Part shown: positions 26,644-37,344 of the stretch, piece by piece
Numbering within the stretch: position 1 is the stretch's first letter
How the letters are laid out: every line of letters starts with the position of its first letter
Origin: a virus
UHGV virus genome: UHGV-0340823
DNA: 37,778 bases
Strand: one strand, 5' to 3'
The notes under the pieces: model-generated
Told to the model about the DNA's origin: nothing
Database searches by the model: none
What the model saw: only the letters and a program-made list of their open reading frames with translations
Made by a program: the position numbers and the translations under genes

Positions 26644-28145
26644 TGATCAGTTTTAATCAGATTGGGGATGATAACCGCATCCCGCTTGTACAGATTGAAT
26701 TTGATAATTCCATGGCCGTCACCGGCACCCCGGCGCAACGTCAGTCTGTGTTGCTGTTCGGGCAGGCTGCCATGAAAGACACCGCCGTACAGGGTTCCGG
26801 TCAACTGGACATTCCTGTACGTATTACCCGTGCATCTCAGGCAAGAGAGCTTTGGGGGCGTGGTTCCATGATTGCGCTGATGGTGGCGGAATTCATCGCC
26901 ATTAATCCCGACACAGAGTTATATGCCATTGCCCAGGGGGCGGGCACTGGTCAGCCGCAGGCGTGTGTGATGAATATCATTGGTACGGCGACGGCAGACG
27001 GTGTGTTATGCGTCTATATTGGTGGTCGCCGTTATCTGCTGGCTGTCGGTACAGGGCAAAAAGGTAAAGCGCTTGTGGAAGCACTTGTGAAGGTCATTAA
27101 CGCCGATGTTGATGCACCATTCACGGCTTATGCAGCAGAAGTCAGTGGAGATAATGCTGAAGGCCTTAAAGGCAGTATGGGGGTGAATGCCCGTTTTACC
27201 GGTGAGTGCTCAGTTCATGATTTACGTGTGAACTATTACGACGGTGAAACCACCCCTTCCGGCCTTACATTGCAGATAACATCTCCAAAACAGAAGGCCA
27301 CAAACCCGGATATCACCCGCAGCGTGGCGGGGATGGGGGATCGTCAGTACAACTACATCGTCATGCCCTATAAGGATGACGCAAACCTGAAGGTGATCAG
27401 CGATGAACTGCTGAAACGCTGGGGACCGGTCAAAATGTCCGATGGAGTCATCTGGATGGCTCACACGGGCACATTCGGAGAAGTACAGGCGTTCGGTGAA
27501 AAACGTAACGATTTTCTTGCTACCTGTACGGCTATTCCAAAAGCACCGGAACCCGATTATCTGTGGGCAGCCTCGGTGTGTGCGACATGCGCACCGTCAT
27601 TATCTTCGGATCCGGCACGTCCACTTCAGACACTGGCCATCACGCCCCGACTGGCACCCGCCGCAGCGGATCGTCTGACCCGTGAAGAGCGAAACAGCCT
27701 GCTGTGGAGCGGTATCGCTACAGTAACCGTCGCAACCGGTGATGTGGTGCAAATCGAACGTCAGGTGACGATGTATCGTCAGAACGCCTATGGAGACAAT
27801 GACCCCAGCTATCTGGATGTGGAAACCGTCTACACCCTTTCATATCTGCGTTACTCCCTGCGAACGTTCATCACGCAGCGTTTTCCGCGCCATAAGCTGG
27901 CGGATAATGGCACACCGGTGAGCGCGGGACAGAATATTGTAACCCCGGAAATCATGACGCTTCAGTTGATTGCTCTGGGTGAGGAATGGGTCGATCAGGG
28001 GTTGGTCGAGAACCTGGACACTTTTAAAAAGAATCTGCTCGTGGAGCGTAACACATCAGATCGCAACCGCCTTGATGTGTTGTGCACACCGGACCTGGTT
28101 AACCAGTTCCGCTTTATGGCCGCGCAGATCCGTTTCATTTTGTGA
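26643..28145 (+). CDS. contractile tail sheath protein (Mu L-like)
   Basis: 500 aa; sheath-tube-chaperone-tape measure order. Confidence 0.8.
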   Translation: MISFNQIGDDNRIPLVQIEFDNSMAVTGTPAQRQSVLLFGQAAMKDTAVQGSGQLDIPVRITRASQARELWGRGSMIALMVAEFIAINPDTELYAIAQGAGTGQPQACVMNIIGTATADGVLCVYIGGRRYLLAVGTGQKGKALVEALVKVINADVDAPFTAYAAEVSGDNAEGLKGSMGVNARFTGECSVHDLRVNYYDGETTPSGLTLQITSPKQKATNPDITRSVAGMGDRQYNYIVMPYKDDANLKVISDELLKRWGPVKMSDGVIWMAHTGTFGEVQAFGEKRNDFLATCTAIPKAPEPDYLWAASVCATCAPSLSSDPARPLQTLAITPRLAPAAADRLTREERNSLLWSGIATVTVATGDVVQIERQVTMYRQNAYGDNDPSYLDVETVYTLSYLRYSLRTFITQRFPRHKLADNGTPVSAGQNIVTPEIMTLQLIALGEEWVDQGLVENLDTFKKNLLVERNTSDRNRLDVLCTPDLVNQFRFMAAQIRFIL

Positions 28146-28153
28146 GGTAATTC

Positions 28154-28519
28154 ATGAGCGGAAAACAGTATCAGGGGACCGCAACCATCCGTGTGAACGG
28201 TCAGGAGTTTGCCACGCTGGAAGGCGCAACCTTCTCGCCATCCGGTTTTGAACGTGAAGCCGTGAAAGGCGCAAAGGTCTACGGTTACCGGGAGAAACCC
28301 CGTGAGGCCACGCTGGAATGCAAATTTCCGGCCGGTGGTGAAGGCTCGCCGGCAACGGATGAAATCAACAGCTGGAACGCAGTCACAATTGAATTCGTCG
28401 CCGATACCGGTGAAGTCCATATGATGACCAAAGCCTGGAGTGTGGAGCCCGCGTCTTTAGATGGTGGTGGCGATATCTCTGCGAAGTTCGCCAGCGCAAC
28501 CAGTACCCGTGTTCAGTAA
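28154..28519 (+). CDS. tail tube protein (Mu M-like)
   Basis: 121 aa after the sheath. Confidence 0.7.
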   Translation: MSGKQYQGTATIRVNGQEFATLEGATFSPSGFEREAVKGAKVYGYREKPREATLECKFPAGGEGSPATDEINSWNAVTIEFVADTGEVHMMTKAWSVEPASLDGGGDISAKFASATSTRVQ

Positions 28520-28528
28520 GGAGCAGTT

Positions 28529-29005
28529 ATGGCATCACGTAAGAAAAAAACAGCGGTTTCAGACGAAGGCGTCATGGAGGCCATTCGTGAAGCGCTTGAA
28601 GGAGGCGATCCGCGCACCGCCGGTCTGACTGAACAACTGGCTAATGGGTATGTGGATCTGCTGGATGGTCTGCCCTGCGGTGAAAGCCGTGAATACCGTG
28701 TCACATTCCGGGAACTGACCGCGAAAGACAGCATTGATGCTGAATCAGAAGCCGAGAAAGTGATGGATACACGTAACGGTCCGATGCTGATTGCGTCTCC
28801 CTCTCTACGGGGGATTGCACTTCTGCGCCGTCAGATTGCCGCTGTCGGTGAGATTCAGGGACCGTTATCCCTCCGCCAGGTTGGGCAGTTGAGTGAACGT
28901 GACCTGTCCCGTCTGATGGCGGCGGTCGGCATTCTGGATACAGCCATGGCCGGAAAGCTGGCGGCTGACCGGGGGCGAGCAGGCGCAGTGTCGGGCGCAG
29001 ATTGA
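28529..29005 (+). CDS. tail assembly chaperone (Mu gp41-like)
   Basis: Position before the tape measure; a start-less open frame overlaps its 3-prime end. Confidence 0.55.
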   Translation: MASRKKKTAVSDEGVMEAIREALEGGDPRTAGLTEQLANGYVDLLDGLPCGESREYRVTFRELTAKDSIDAESEAEKVMDTRNGPMLIASPSLRGIALLRRQIAAVGEIQGPLSLRQVGQLSERDLSRLMAAVGILDTAMAGKLAADRGRAGAVSGAD

Positions 29006-29132
29006 AGAAGCGGCGATAGTACTGGGGATGGTGACGAAAAGCGGCCCGGAATGGGCGCTTAACCTCCCCTTATCGCAACTTTACCGGCACTGCCAACAAA
29101 CGGAAAAAATCCTTAAAGCGAAGCAGTAAACG

Positions 29133-31199
29133 ATGGCAAAAAATCTGAAAGCCTCCCTGATAGTCGATCTGCTCGGCAATATTTCCGCTAAATCTCGCCA
29201 GTGGTCGCAGGAGCTGGGGGCATTTTCCCGTTCCGGACAGTCGGGGCTGGGTGGTCTGGGTAATGCAGCCCGTCGTGCCGGTCAGGAAACTGATCTTGTT
29301 GGCACCCGTATGCAACGTATGCTTGCCGGAGTCCGTGGCAGTATCCGTTCAGTCACCTCTGATTTTGACCGGCTTCAGGGAAGTATTACCGGTACGCTGG
29401 GACGTATCAGCAACCTTTACGGGATGCTGGCCGGTGGTGCGGCTGCGTACGGATTTAACAAGGCTTTTCTTCGTCCCGCATCAGAGATGGAGAATTACAT
29501 TCTTCGTCTCAATGCCATCAATCATGGTGATACATCCAGAACAGAAGACGTCCGTAAGTGGGCTGTCCAGAATGCAAAAGAAACCACGTGGGGGCTGGCC
29601 GGCGTTATGCAGGAATACGCTTCCAGCCGTGGTTTTGGTATGAGTGATAAGGAAGCACGTAACTTTATCACCATGCTTCAGGATCAGGGGGGCTATCACG
29701 GCTGGTCCCTTGCTGACGCGCAGGGCGCATCCCTTCAGCTCAAACAGATGTATTCCCGTGGTGCAATTCAGGCGGCTGATGCCAGTATTCTGACGGGCTA
29801 CGGTATCAACGTTTATCAGTTGCTGGCTGAAAAACTGAAAGTTGATCAGAAAGTACTTCGTGATCTGGGTGGCAAAGGTAAGCTGGGACCGGACAGTATT
29901 CGTCTCCTGTTCCAGGTCATGGCAGAACAGGCAAAAGGTGCACAGAAAAATGCCATGAACTCCTGGACGGGCATGACTGCCATGATGGGGGATGTATGGG
30001 ATGACTTTGCCCGTGACGTCATGGCCAAAGGACCTTTTGACAGCCTTAAAAACAGCCTTAAAGGCTTTCTGGATTATGCTGATGAGGCAAAGTCCAGCAG
30101 TCTTCAGGAAAAACTGGCGGCACAGACAGCGGGTGCCCTGAATCAGGGCTTTGAGTATGCCCGTGATGCGGCAACTGGTTTTTACCGGGCTATTCAGAAG
30201 GTACGGGAAACGCTTCAGGCGCTGCGTGATGCAGGGTATGGCGATACGCTGGACGGTATCGCTCGTGGTGCACAGACAGCTGCGAAATATCTGCTGTATA
30301 TGTATCTGGCCACCCGGGCACTGAAACTGGTCAGGGCTGTTGGTGGAAGTGCGCTGCGTCTTGGTGCAACACCGCTTCGCTGGGGCATGTCCACCGCTTC
30401 TGTTCTGACCTCCCCCTTCCGCAAACCACAGACCACCGTTCCCGAAACCATACCGGGGCGTGGCGGTCGGTTCCTGAATTTTCTGACGGGGGTTAACCCC
30501 GCAGCCATTCAGCCCGTAAATGTCATGAACTGGCCAGCCGGTGCCATGGCGGGGGGCGTTTCTGATGTGATCAGCGGAGGTGAAGGAAAACGTCAGCGTG
30601 GACGCACCAGACGCGGGCCGGGGCGCGGACGCCCGGTGACGTCGGTTGTTACTGTACCGGCAACGCCGCCAGCCTCACCCCCTCAGGGCTTCTTCGGGCG
30701 CATGATGAGCCGTGCCGGTGGCTTGCTTTCATCCGCCGGTAACCGGCTGGGTATGGGGCGTTTCTCCGGCCTTTTCCGCCGTGCCGGTGGGGTTGCCGGT
30801 CGTTTGGGCGGTGGAGCCCTTTGGGCCGGGGCGATGGCCGCCCCTGTCCTGCTGGACGATAGTGCCAGTGCTACCAACAAGGGGGAGGCTGTCGGCTCTC
30901 TTGCTGGCAGCATTGCCGGTGGAGCGCTGGGAGCTGCGGCAGGACCTGTCGGCGTGGCTATCGGTTCAACGGTGGGAAGTTATCTCGGTAATTATCTCGG
31001 CGGCTGGCTGACAGAAGCCTGGCAAAAACTACGGGGGGATACCGATAACAGCGGAGGAAAAGCCGCTGAACAGGCTTCTGCCCGTGTGGAGCTGGTTGCC
31101 CCGGATGGCTGGAGCGCAAGAAGTATTGATATCAATGAAACCTCCGGCAGTTCGCTGGATGTGGATGTCTGGAACGGAGGTAACTATGTCCACTGGTGA
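29133..31199 (+). CDS. tail tape measure protein
   Basis: 688 aa; Gly/Ala-rich repetitive C-terminal half; synteny. Confidence 0.8.
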   Translation: MAKNLKASLIVDLLGNISAKSRQWSQELGAFSRSGQSGLGGLGNAARRAGQETDLVGTRMQRMLAGVRGSIRSVTSDFDRLQGSITGTLGRISNLYGMLAGGAAAYGFNKAFLRPASEMENYILRLNAINHGDTSRTEDVRKWAVQNAKETTWGLAGVMQEYASSRGFGMSDKEARNFITMLQDQGGYHGWSLADAQGASLQLKQMYSRGAIQAADASILTGYGINVYQLLAEKLKVDQKVLRDLGGKGKLGPDSIRLLFQVMAEQAKGAQKNAMNSWTGMTAMMGDVWDDFARDVMAKGPFDSLKNSLKGFLDYADEAKSSSLQEKLAAQTAGALNQGFEYARDAATGFYRAIQKVRETLQALRDAGYGDTLDGIARGAQTAAKYLLYMYLATRALKLVRAVGGSALRLGATPLRWGMSTASVLTSPFRKPQTTVPETIPGRGGRFLNFLTGVNPAAIQPVNVMNWPAGAMAGGVSDVISGGEGKRQRGRTRRGPGRGRPVTSVVTVPATPPASPPQGFFGRMMSRAGGLLSSAGNRLGMGRFSGLFRRAGGVAGRLGGGALWAGAMAAPVLLDDSASATNKGEAVGSLAGSIAGGALGAAAGPVGVAIGSTVGSYLGNYLGGWLTEAWQKLRGDTDNSGGKAAEQASARVELVAPDGWSARSIDINETSGSSLDVDVWNGGNYVHW

Positions 31200-32601
31200 C
31201 GGCAAGGGGTCGTTTCGCGGTGTGCCATTCCTGGTATTTCGCGAACAGCGTGAACGCGGTGGGCGTAATATCGTTCGCCGGGAATATCCGTTACAGGAAC
31301 GGGGCGGTGCAGATGATCTGGGGCCAAAACTGCCGGAATACACCTTCACCGTACTGGTGATGGGAGAGGATGTTCACACGCAACGAAGCCGTCTTCGGGA
31401 TGCCCTTCGCGCCCCCGGGCCGGGTGAACTTATGCACCCGGAATATGGCACTTTAAACGTGATGATAAACAGCTTTGAAAGCCGTTACAGCGCCGATGAA
31501 CAGCGCATTGTTGAATTCACAATTAATGTGTCTCCGGTCAGTGATGAAACAGCGCCAACGGCCAGCCAGGATACGGCTGCACTTCTGGAGGCCAGAAGTG
31601 GTGCAGCCCTGAACAGCATGTTTGGTACGCTGGCAAGTGGCTGGACCGTCATTTCCGATGGTATGCATGATGTGCAGGCAATGGCTGAAACCATCAGTGA
31701 CAAAATTGAGGCGCTGGAAAATTCCGTTTCCGGGATGGGGATTGTGCAGGATATCAGTGCCTTTACGGCCACGTTTACGGCGCTTAAAGGTAACGTTACC
31801 GCATTGCTCACAAGTCCGCAGCGAATGGCGGAATCACTGGCGGGTATGTTTGTCACCCTGACGGCATTACCCACGATCCCTGCGCTCTCCCTTACCCGGA
31901 AGAATACCGGCAGTACCGTAACCGGTGCTTCCGGGGGGAATGGCGGTACGGTTTACACCAGAGGCAGTGGAGGCGAATTGCCCGCAGGGAGTCTGGATGT
32001 GGTGATGCAGAGCACCCTTGAACAGGGACTTCCTCAGCTCTACAGAACCTTATCCTCCCTGCGTTATGCGCTGACAGAACAGGATGATCCACAGCGTCTG
32101 ATTGGGCTTACCCCGCCAGCTCAACAAAATATCCGGCTTCTCAGGGCAGTGATGCAGAGTGCAGCCGTGGTGTCTCAGGCTCAGACAGTGGGAAAATTGC
32201 TGGATCAGGTAATCAGTCTTGAAACAGCCCGGACAAGTAATAACACGAAGTCAGCCGGTCTTGTCTGGCTGGAAAGTGCCGCAGATGTTGAGCGTATCAA
32301 CCGTGATTTGAGTGATGCGCTTGAATTACAGGTCATGGATTTGTCTGCGCTGGGGTATACCTCCACAGCCCTGACTCTCAGGGATGCCCGCCTGGCGTTG
32401 ACAGAAGATCTTACGGTCAGGGCGGTCTCCCTGCCGGGGGCTGTACAGGTATCCGTCCGGGCGACAGAACCTGCACTGGTAACCCTGTACCGTGAAACAG
32501 GAAACAGCACCCGCTGGCAACATTTTGTGCGTCGTAACAACATTTCAGACCCGCTTTTTGTGCCGGGGGGAAGTACTGTGGAGGTGATCAGTGAACAGTA
32601 A
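31186..32601 (+). CDS. DNA circularisation protein N-like (Mu gp43 family)
   Basis: ATG at 31186 overlapping the tape measure stop; synteny. Confidence 0.65.
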   Translation: MSTGDGKGSFRGVPFLVFREQRERGGRNIVRREYPLQERGGADDLGPKLPEYTFTVLVMGEDVHTQRSRLRDALRAPGPGELMHPEYGTLNVMINSFESRYSADEQRIVEFTINVSPVSDETAPTASQDTAALLEARSGAALNSMFGTLASGWTVISDGMHDVQAMAETISDKIEALENSVSGMGIVQDISAFTATFTALKGNVTALLTSPQRMAESLAGMFVTLTALPTIPALSLTRKNTGSTVTGASGGNGGTVYTRGSGGELPAGSLDVVMQSTLEQGLPQLYRTLSSLRYALTEQDDPQRLIGLTPPAQQNIRLLRAVMQSAAVVSQAQTVGKLLDQVISLETARTSNNTKSAGLVWLESAADVERINRDLSDALELQVMDLSALGYTSTALTLRDARLALTEDLTVRAVSLPGAVQVSVRATEPALVTLYRETGNSTRWQHFVRRNNISDPLFVPGGSTVEVISEQ

Positions 32602-33721
32602 AGTGGAGCTGTATCTTGGCAGCCAGATTTTTACCGGCTGGGTGACGGTCAGTGTACGACGTTCTCTTGAACATCTTGCGGGATCATTCGAGCTGGGCCT
32701 TATGCTCCCCGGTGAACCGGTTCCGGCGATCATCTCGCCCGGTCAGTCAGTGACACTGAAAATTAACGGTCAGACAGTCATCAGCGGCTGGCTGGATCAG
32801 GTGAATCAGAGTATCAGCGCCACGCGTTATCAAATTACTATCAGTGGCCGCGATAAAACAGGTGATCTGGTTGACTGCTCTGCTGTTCACCAGGGAAGTC
32901 AGTGGCGGAACCGGACGCTGGCCCAGATAGCCGCTGATTTGTGTGCGCCGTTTGGTATCAGCGTTCGCTGGCAGGTTAATGATGTCACGGCAGAGAAACC
33001 GTTCGCATCTTTCACGCTTGAGAACTCAGAAACAGTGGCGGATGCACTCACACGAGCCGCACGGCATCGTGGGGTTCTGGTAACCAGTAACGCTGTGGGT
33101 GAACTGGTTTTTACTCAGGCTGGAAGCAAGCAGACCGATACGCTTGTACTGGGTGAGAATTTGCTTGAGGCCATTTATAACGATGACCACCGTATGCGCT
33201 ACAGCGAATACCGAATCAGAGGACACGGGCGCGGAGGCGGCAAATCCGGTGACAGCGCAAAACCAGCCAGCCTGTCTGCACCGGTCGGGGTGGTGAATGA
33301 CGAAGGTGTTACCCGTTACCGTCCGAAAATTGTTCTCGCCGATCATCACATTGATACCAGCGGAGCCACACAGCGGGGATTACGGGAAATGCGCCGGGCA
33401 GTGGCCCGTTCCTCCCGCTTTACCGCCGTGGTGCGTACCTGGTTCCGCTCAGACGGCACGTTGTGGGATCTTAATCTGCTGACGCGCGTTACCGCTTCAC
33501 GGTTTGGTATTGACCAGCGTGATCTGCTGATTTGCCAGGTTGAATTCTCCCTGGACGCACAAAAAGGCGAAACCACGCGGCTGATTCTTGCCCCCCGTGA
33601 TGGTTTTATTGTTCCTGCGGAGCCTGACAGTAAAGGTCGGGGCGGAAATGATGCCGGTGGCGTGGATGCCTTTATCCATCAGCAGATGAAAAAACAGGGG
33701 ATCACCTTTAATGATAAATGA
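32591..33721 (+). CDS. baseplate hub / tail protein P-like (Mu gp44 family)
   Basis: GTG start overlapping the previous stop; synteny. Confidence 0.65.
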   Translation: MNSKVELYLGSQIFTGWVTVSVRRSLEHLAGSFELGLMLPGEPVPAIISPGQSVTLKINGQTVISGWLDQVNQSISATRYQITISGRDKTGDLVDCSAVHQGSQWRNRTLAQIAADLCAPFGISVRWQVNDVTAEKPFASFTLENSETVADALTRAARHRGVLVTSNAVGELVFTQAGSKQTDTLVLGENLLEAIYNDDHRMRYSEYRIRGHGRGGGKSGDSAKPASLSAPVGVVNDEGVTRYRPKIVLADHHIDTSGATQRGLREMRRAVARSSRFTAVVRTWFRSDGTLWDLNLLTRVTASRFGIDQRDLLICQVEFSLDAQKGETTRLILAPRDGFIVPAEPDSKGRGGNDAGGVDAFIHQQMKKQGITFNDK

Positions 33722-34325
33722 AGAGGTTTTCAGCCGCCTTATAGCCCCCGTTATGCGTGGGGTGCGTCTTCTGATTGGACGGGGGGTTCTTACCGGTATC
33801 CGTGATGAGCTGAAAATGCAGAATGTACAGCTTACCGGAATGGAGGGGGAAACGTTTGATGATGTTGAACGGCCACAGCAGTACGGACAAATCAGCGTAC
33901 CCTTACCGGGGGCGGAGCTATTCTTCGCCTGTCCTGGTGGTCAGCGTGATCAGGCCGTTGTTCTGGTGGTTGATGACCGGCGTTACCGCCCATCCGGGCT
34001 GACTTCCGGCGACAGTGGGCTTTATCACTACGAAGGGCACCGCATTCGCCTGACAAAAGACGGACGCATCATCATCACCTGCCGGACGCTTGAGATTTTT
34101 GCTGATGAGCGCGTGAGCGTTGATACCCCTGAAACGGTCTTCACCGGCGATGTCATCGTGGAAAAAAATCTGCATGTGAAAGGCAATCTTGCGATCGATG
34201 GAACCGGTATGTCAAAAGGCACATTTACTATGTCTGAAGCCAAGATTGCGGGGATCACCTATTCCGGACATGTGCACCATGACAACGGCAAAGGAAGTAA
34301 AACAGGAGGACCGGAAAATGGCTGA
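33711..34325 (+). CDS. baseplate spike / assembly protein (Mu gp45, gpV-like)
   Basis: Synteny; about 200 aa. Confidence 0.6.
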   Translation: MINEEVFSRLIAPVMRGVRLLIGRGVLTGIRDELKMQNVQLTGMEGETFDDVERPQQYGQISVPLPGAELFFACPGGQRDQAVVLVVDDRRYRPSGLTSGDSGLYHYEGHRIRLTKDGRIIITCRTLEIFADERVSVDTPETVFTGDVIVEKNLHVKGNLAIDGTGMSKGTFTMSEAKIAGITYSGHVHHDNGKGSKTGGPENG

Positions 34326-34755
34326 TATTGCCGTGATATGGAAACAGGGGCATGGTGCACTGCAACTGAATGGCGCAGATCTTCTGACAGACAATACATT
34401 GCAGACGGCAGTGATTATCTCACTGTTTACTGATCGTCGAGCCCTGGCATCAGATGTCATACCAGATGGTACCCGCGATCGCCGTGGATGGTGGGGTGAC
34501 AGCTTCCGGGAATACCCCATAGGCTCCCGTCTGTGGTTGCTGAGCCGGGAAAAAACGCTTACTTCGGTGGTAAGTCGTGCACAGGCGTATGCGGATGAGG
34601 CGCTGGCATGGCTTCGTCAGAGCGGCGTTGCATCGGATGTTGTGTGTCGTGCTGAACGAACGGCGCACGAGCAACTTTCATTATTTGTTGAAATCACGCT
34701 GCCGGACGGCAGTCGGGAACCCATGATTTTTTATGCTGATATTAAGGGGGAATGA
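34318..34755 (+). CDS. baseplate protein (Mu gp46, gpW/gp25-like)
   Basis: ATG at 34318 overlapping the previous stop. Confidence 0.6.
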   Translation: MADIAVIWKQGHGALQLNGADLLTDNTLQTAVIISLFTDRRALASDVIPDGTRDRRGWWGDSFREYPIGSRLWLLSREKTLTSVVSRAQAYADEALAWLRQSGVASDVVCRAERTAHEQLSLFVEITLPDGSREPMIFYADIKGE

Positions 34756-35837
34756 TGCCTTATCAGCCCTTGCCACTGGCGCAACTGATCACCCAGACAC
34801 AGCAGGATATCAGCCAGCGTCTTCCCGGTTCCCAGCCGGGTGTGAGTGAAACAACATTAAATGCCATTGCATATGCTCAGGCCGGGTTGTCTGCGCAGGA
34901 GCATGAGCACCTTGCCTGGATTGCCAGGCAGATTATTCCGACAGAAGCAGACGAGGCTGAACTGCTGAAACACTGTTCCTTCTGGGGTGTGATCCGTAAA
35001 CCGGCATCACGTGGCGATGGTCCCGTCCAGTTGATGCTGACGACAGATGCCGGGGTGACCGAAGGGGTACAACTTCAGCGCAGTGATGGTGAGGTGTACC
35101 GCATCACCGGGTCTGTTACCGGAAAGGCCGGAACCCTGACCGTGCAGGTTGAAGCGGAAAATGCAGGTCGTTCCGGTAATGCCCCAGCAGGTACCCCCCT
35201 GACGTTCGTCACCCCGCAGGCGGGTATAAATCAGACAGCCACCATTACCGGTACGGGGATCACCGGAGGTGCGGATGTTGAGTCAGTCCCGGAATTGCTG
35301 TCCCGCCTGGTGTTTCGTGTACAGAATCCACCATCCGGTGGTACGCAGTATGATTTTGAGCGCTGGGCGCGTGAAGTTCCGGGGGTAACCCGTGCATGGT
35401 GTAAACCGGAATGGCCTCAGGCTGGCAGCGTTGGAGTGACCTTTGTTCAGGATAACAACCCTGATATTTTCCCCGGCGAAGGTGACGTACAGCGCGTGGC
35501 GGAATATATCCGTAGCCATGATGATCCAGCAACGGGGCAACCCGTCGGACAGCCACTGGGACCAACGGTAAAGGTCTTTAAGTTAACGAATAAGCCCGTG
35601 GATTTTGAAATCCGCATAGTCCCGAAAACGCCGGAGAACCAGGCTGCTGTAAAGCAGGCGCTGACAGACCTGTTGTATAACGAATCAAGCCCGGGGGCCC
35701 TGGTTCTTCCGTCTTCATTCTGGCGAACCGTGGCAGGTGTGAAAAATCTTGAGGATTTTGAAGTCCGCAGCCCCCTCAAATCGGTTATGGCTGGTGATGC
35801 TGAATTGCTGACGGTGGGAGAAATTACATGGCTCTGA
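34752..35837 (+). CDS. baseplate J-like protein (Mu gp47 family)
   Basis: 361 aa; synteny. Confidence 0.7.
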   Translation: MMPYQPLPLAQLITQTQQDISQRLPGSQPGVSETTLNAIAYAQAGLSAQEHEHLAWIARQIIPTEADEAELLKHCSFWGVIRKPASRGDGPVQLMLTTDAGVTEGVQLQRSDGEVYRITGSVTGKAGTLTVQVEAENAGRSGNAPAGTPLTFVTPQAGINQTATITGTGITGGADVESVPELLSRLVFRVQNPPSGGTQYDFERWAREVPGVTRAWCKPEWPQAGSVGVTFVQDNNPDIFPGEGDVQRVAEYIRSHDDPATGQPVGQPLGPTVKVFKLTNKPVDFEIRIVPKTPENQAAVKQALTDLLYNESSPGALVLPSSFWRTVAGVKNLEDFEVRSPLKSVMAGDAELLTVGEITWL

Positions 35838-36385
35838 CGCTTGCAGCTCATCAGCGCGCATTGTTGCAGCTCCTACCCGATGGCCTGGCATGGGATAAAC
35901 GTCCTGAATCCGTGTTGTCAGCCTTATGTCTTGGGCTAAGTCACGCCACCGAGCGTGTATCCTGGACGGCTAATCAGTTACTTTCGGAGCGCTTTCCGGA
36001 AACATCCCGGATGTTACTGGAGGACTGGGAGCGTTATCTGGGGTTGCCTGAATGTGATATGGCAGGAGCAACGTTGCAGGAGCGCCAGCGATACGCGGCG
36101 AATAAATACCGTATGAAGCCGTCACTGAACCGCGAGTTTTATATCCGGTTTGCGGCTGAATTTGGCTATGTGATTGATATTCAGCCATCACCGGAATCGC
36201 AGTGGATCAGTATTGTGACCGTAAAAAGCGAGGTTGGGTATCGTCACATGCATGTGCTCGATCACATTCTGACGCCTCTGCGGATATATGAAGGTGGTGC
36301 GCTGGAATGCATTTTAAACCGGTATAAACCGGCCTGGCAGACGTTTTTATACATTTACGAAAAGTCGCATGAGGAGACGGAATAA
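35828..36385 (+). CDS. tail protein (Mu gp48 family)
   Basis: 185 aa between the J-like and tail-fibre genes. Confidence 0.6.
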   Translation: MALTLAAHQRALLQLLPDGLAWDKRPESVLSALCLGLSHATERVSWTANQLLSERFPETSRMLLEDWERYLGLPECDMAGATLQERQRYAANKYRMKPSLNREFYIRFAAEFGYVIDIQPSPESQWISIVTVKSEVGYRHMHVLDHILTPLRIYEGGALECILNRYKPAWQTFLYIYEKSHEETE

Positions 36386-37344
36386 TGTATTTCGTGGATA
36401 ACAATACCGGTACGACAGAGATGCCAGCGCTGGCTCCATCGCAGGGTACTGAAGTTAAGTGGTTTACGGAAGGCGACGGTAATAAAGGTATCAGCCATAT
36501 CGGGCAGGACTGGCTTAATATCATTCAGGCAGAATTGCTTGCGATTTTGACTGAAGGAAAAATTCAACCAGATAAAATGAAGCTGAATCAGCTTACACTG
36601 GCAATCAAGGCCATTATTACGGCCAATGCTTTTTTACGTAAAAACAACCTGAAAGAAATCGAGGATGCGGGAGCTGGTGCTCAGGCGAATGCCAGAAAAG
36701 CTCTTGGGCTGGGGACTCTGGCGACAAAAGATAAGCTTTCACCAACAGATGTTGGTGCGCTTGAAAAAAGCAAAAATTTGTCTGACGTACCCGATAAAGT
36801 TGCGGCCCGTACCAACCTTGGGGTTTACAGTAAAGAAGAAGGTGATCGGCGTTATCTGAAAAGCGGCGCAGATAATGGTTCATATAGTCGCGAACAAAGT
36901 GATGGGTCATATCTTAAGGTTGCGTCAAATGGTTCTGACATTGCAAACAGAAGTGCCTTTATCGATAACCTCGGTTTGGGAGAAGCGGCAAAACGGGGTG
37001 TGGGAACAGGGGAAAATCAGATACCGGACATGGCTTCATTTAGTGGGGTGAGGGATTATTACGGAAAACAACTTTTGCCAGGAGGGTTGATACTTCAGTG
37101 GCTGACGATTCCATCAAGTGCAGCAGCCAAAGCTGTAACACTGAATAATGGTAATTATCAGCTGTCAGGCTATAAATGGCCCCAGTCATTTGGTGTCCTG
37201 TTTGCTGTGTTTGCTACAAAAGTTTCTGGCTCGACTAACGAAGCATATGCAATCTCAGTTAATCGTCACTCTACCGATGTAATTGTCACCTGGAATGCCC
37301 GTAAGGCTGATGATGTCCACATTTTAGGAATTGGGAAATTATGA
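36385..37344 (+). CDS. tail fibre protein (Mu S-like), containing a candidate invertase crossover site
   Basis: 319 aa, Gly/Ser/Asn-rich; followed by a tail-fibre assembly gene; AT-richer composition. Confidence 0.7.
   Translation: MYFVDNNTGTTEMPALAPSQGTEVKWFTEGDGNKGISHIGQDWLNIIQAELLAILTEGKIQPDKMKLNQLTLAIKAIITANAFLRKNNLKEIEDAGAGAQANARKALGLGTLATKDKLSPTDVGALEKSKNLSDVPDKVAARTNLGVYSKEEGDRRYLKSGADNGSYSREQSDGSYLKVASNGSDIANRSAFIDNLGLGEAAKRGVGTGENQIPDMASFSGVRDYYGKQLLPGGLILQWLTIPSSAAAKAVTLNNGNYQLSGYKWPQSFGVLFAVFATKVSGSTNEAYAISVNRHSTDVIVTWNARKADDVHILGIGKL
36959..36984 (+). other. candidate serine-invertase crossover site (gix/hix-like, 26 bp)
   Basis: TTATCGATAACCTCGGTTTGGGAGAA: about 20 of 26 positions match Mu gix and Salmonella hixL as recalled, including the central TC dinucleotide. 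Confidence 0.5.

Noticed and set aside
28972-29019. Canonical -1 frameshift for the tail chaperone
   Set aside because: The -1 frame relative to the chaperone gene hits a stop within a few codons after the chaperone stop; only the +1/-2 frame is open.
35815-35840. Apparent 1-nt offset between my hand count of the printed sequence and the ORF track at the gp47/gp48 junction
   Set aside because: Most likely my own reading error; I treated track coordinates as authoritative. Hand-derived coordinates for non-ORF features should be taken as accurate to within 1 to 2 nt.
36808-36834. Second gix-like site in the tail-fibre gene (CGTACCAACCTTGGGGTTTACAGTAA)
   Set aside because: Only the right half resembles the invertase site consensus and the left half is poor; probably reflects a repeated NLG-coding motif rather than a recombination site.
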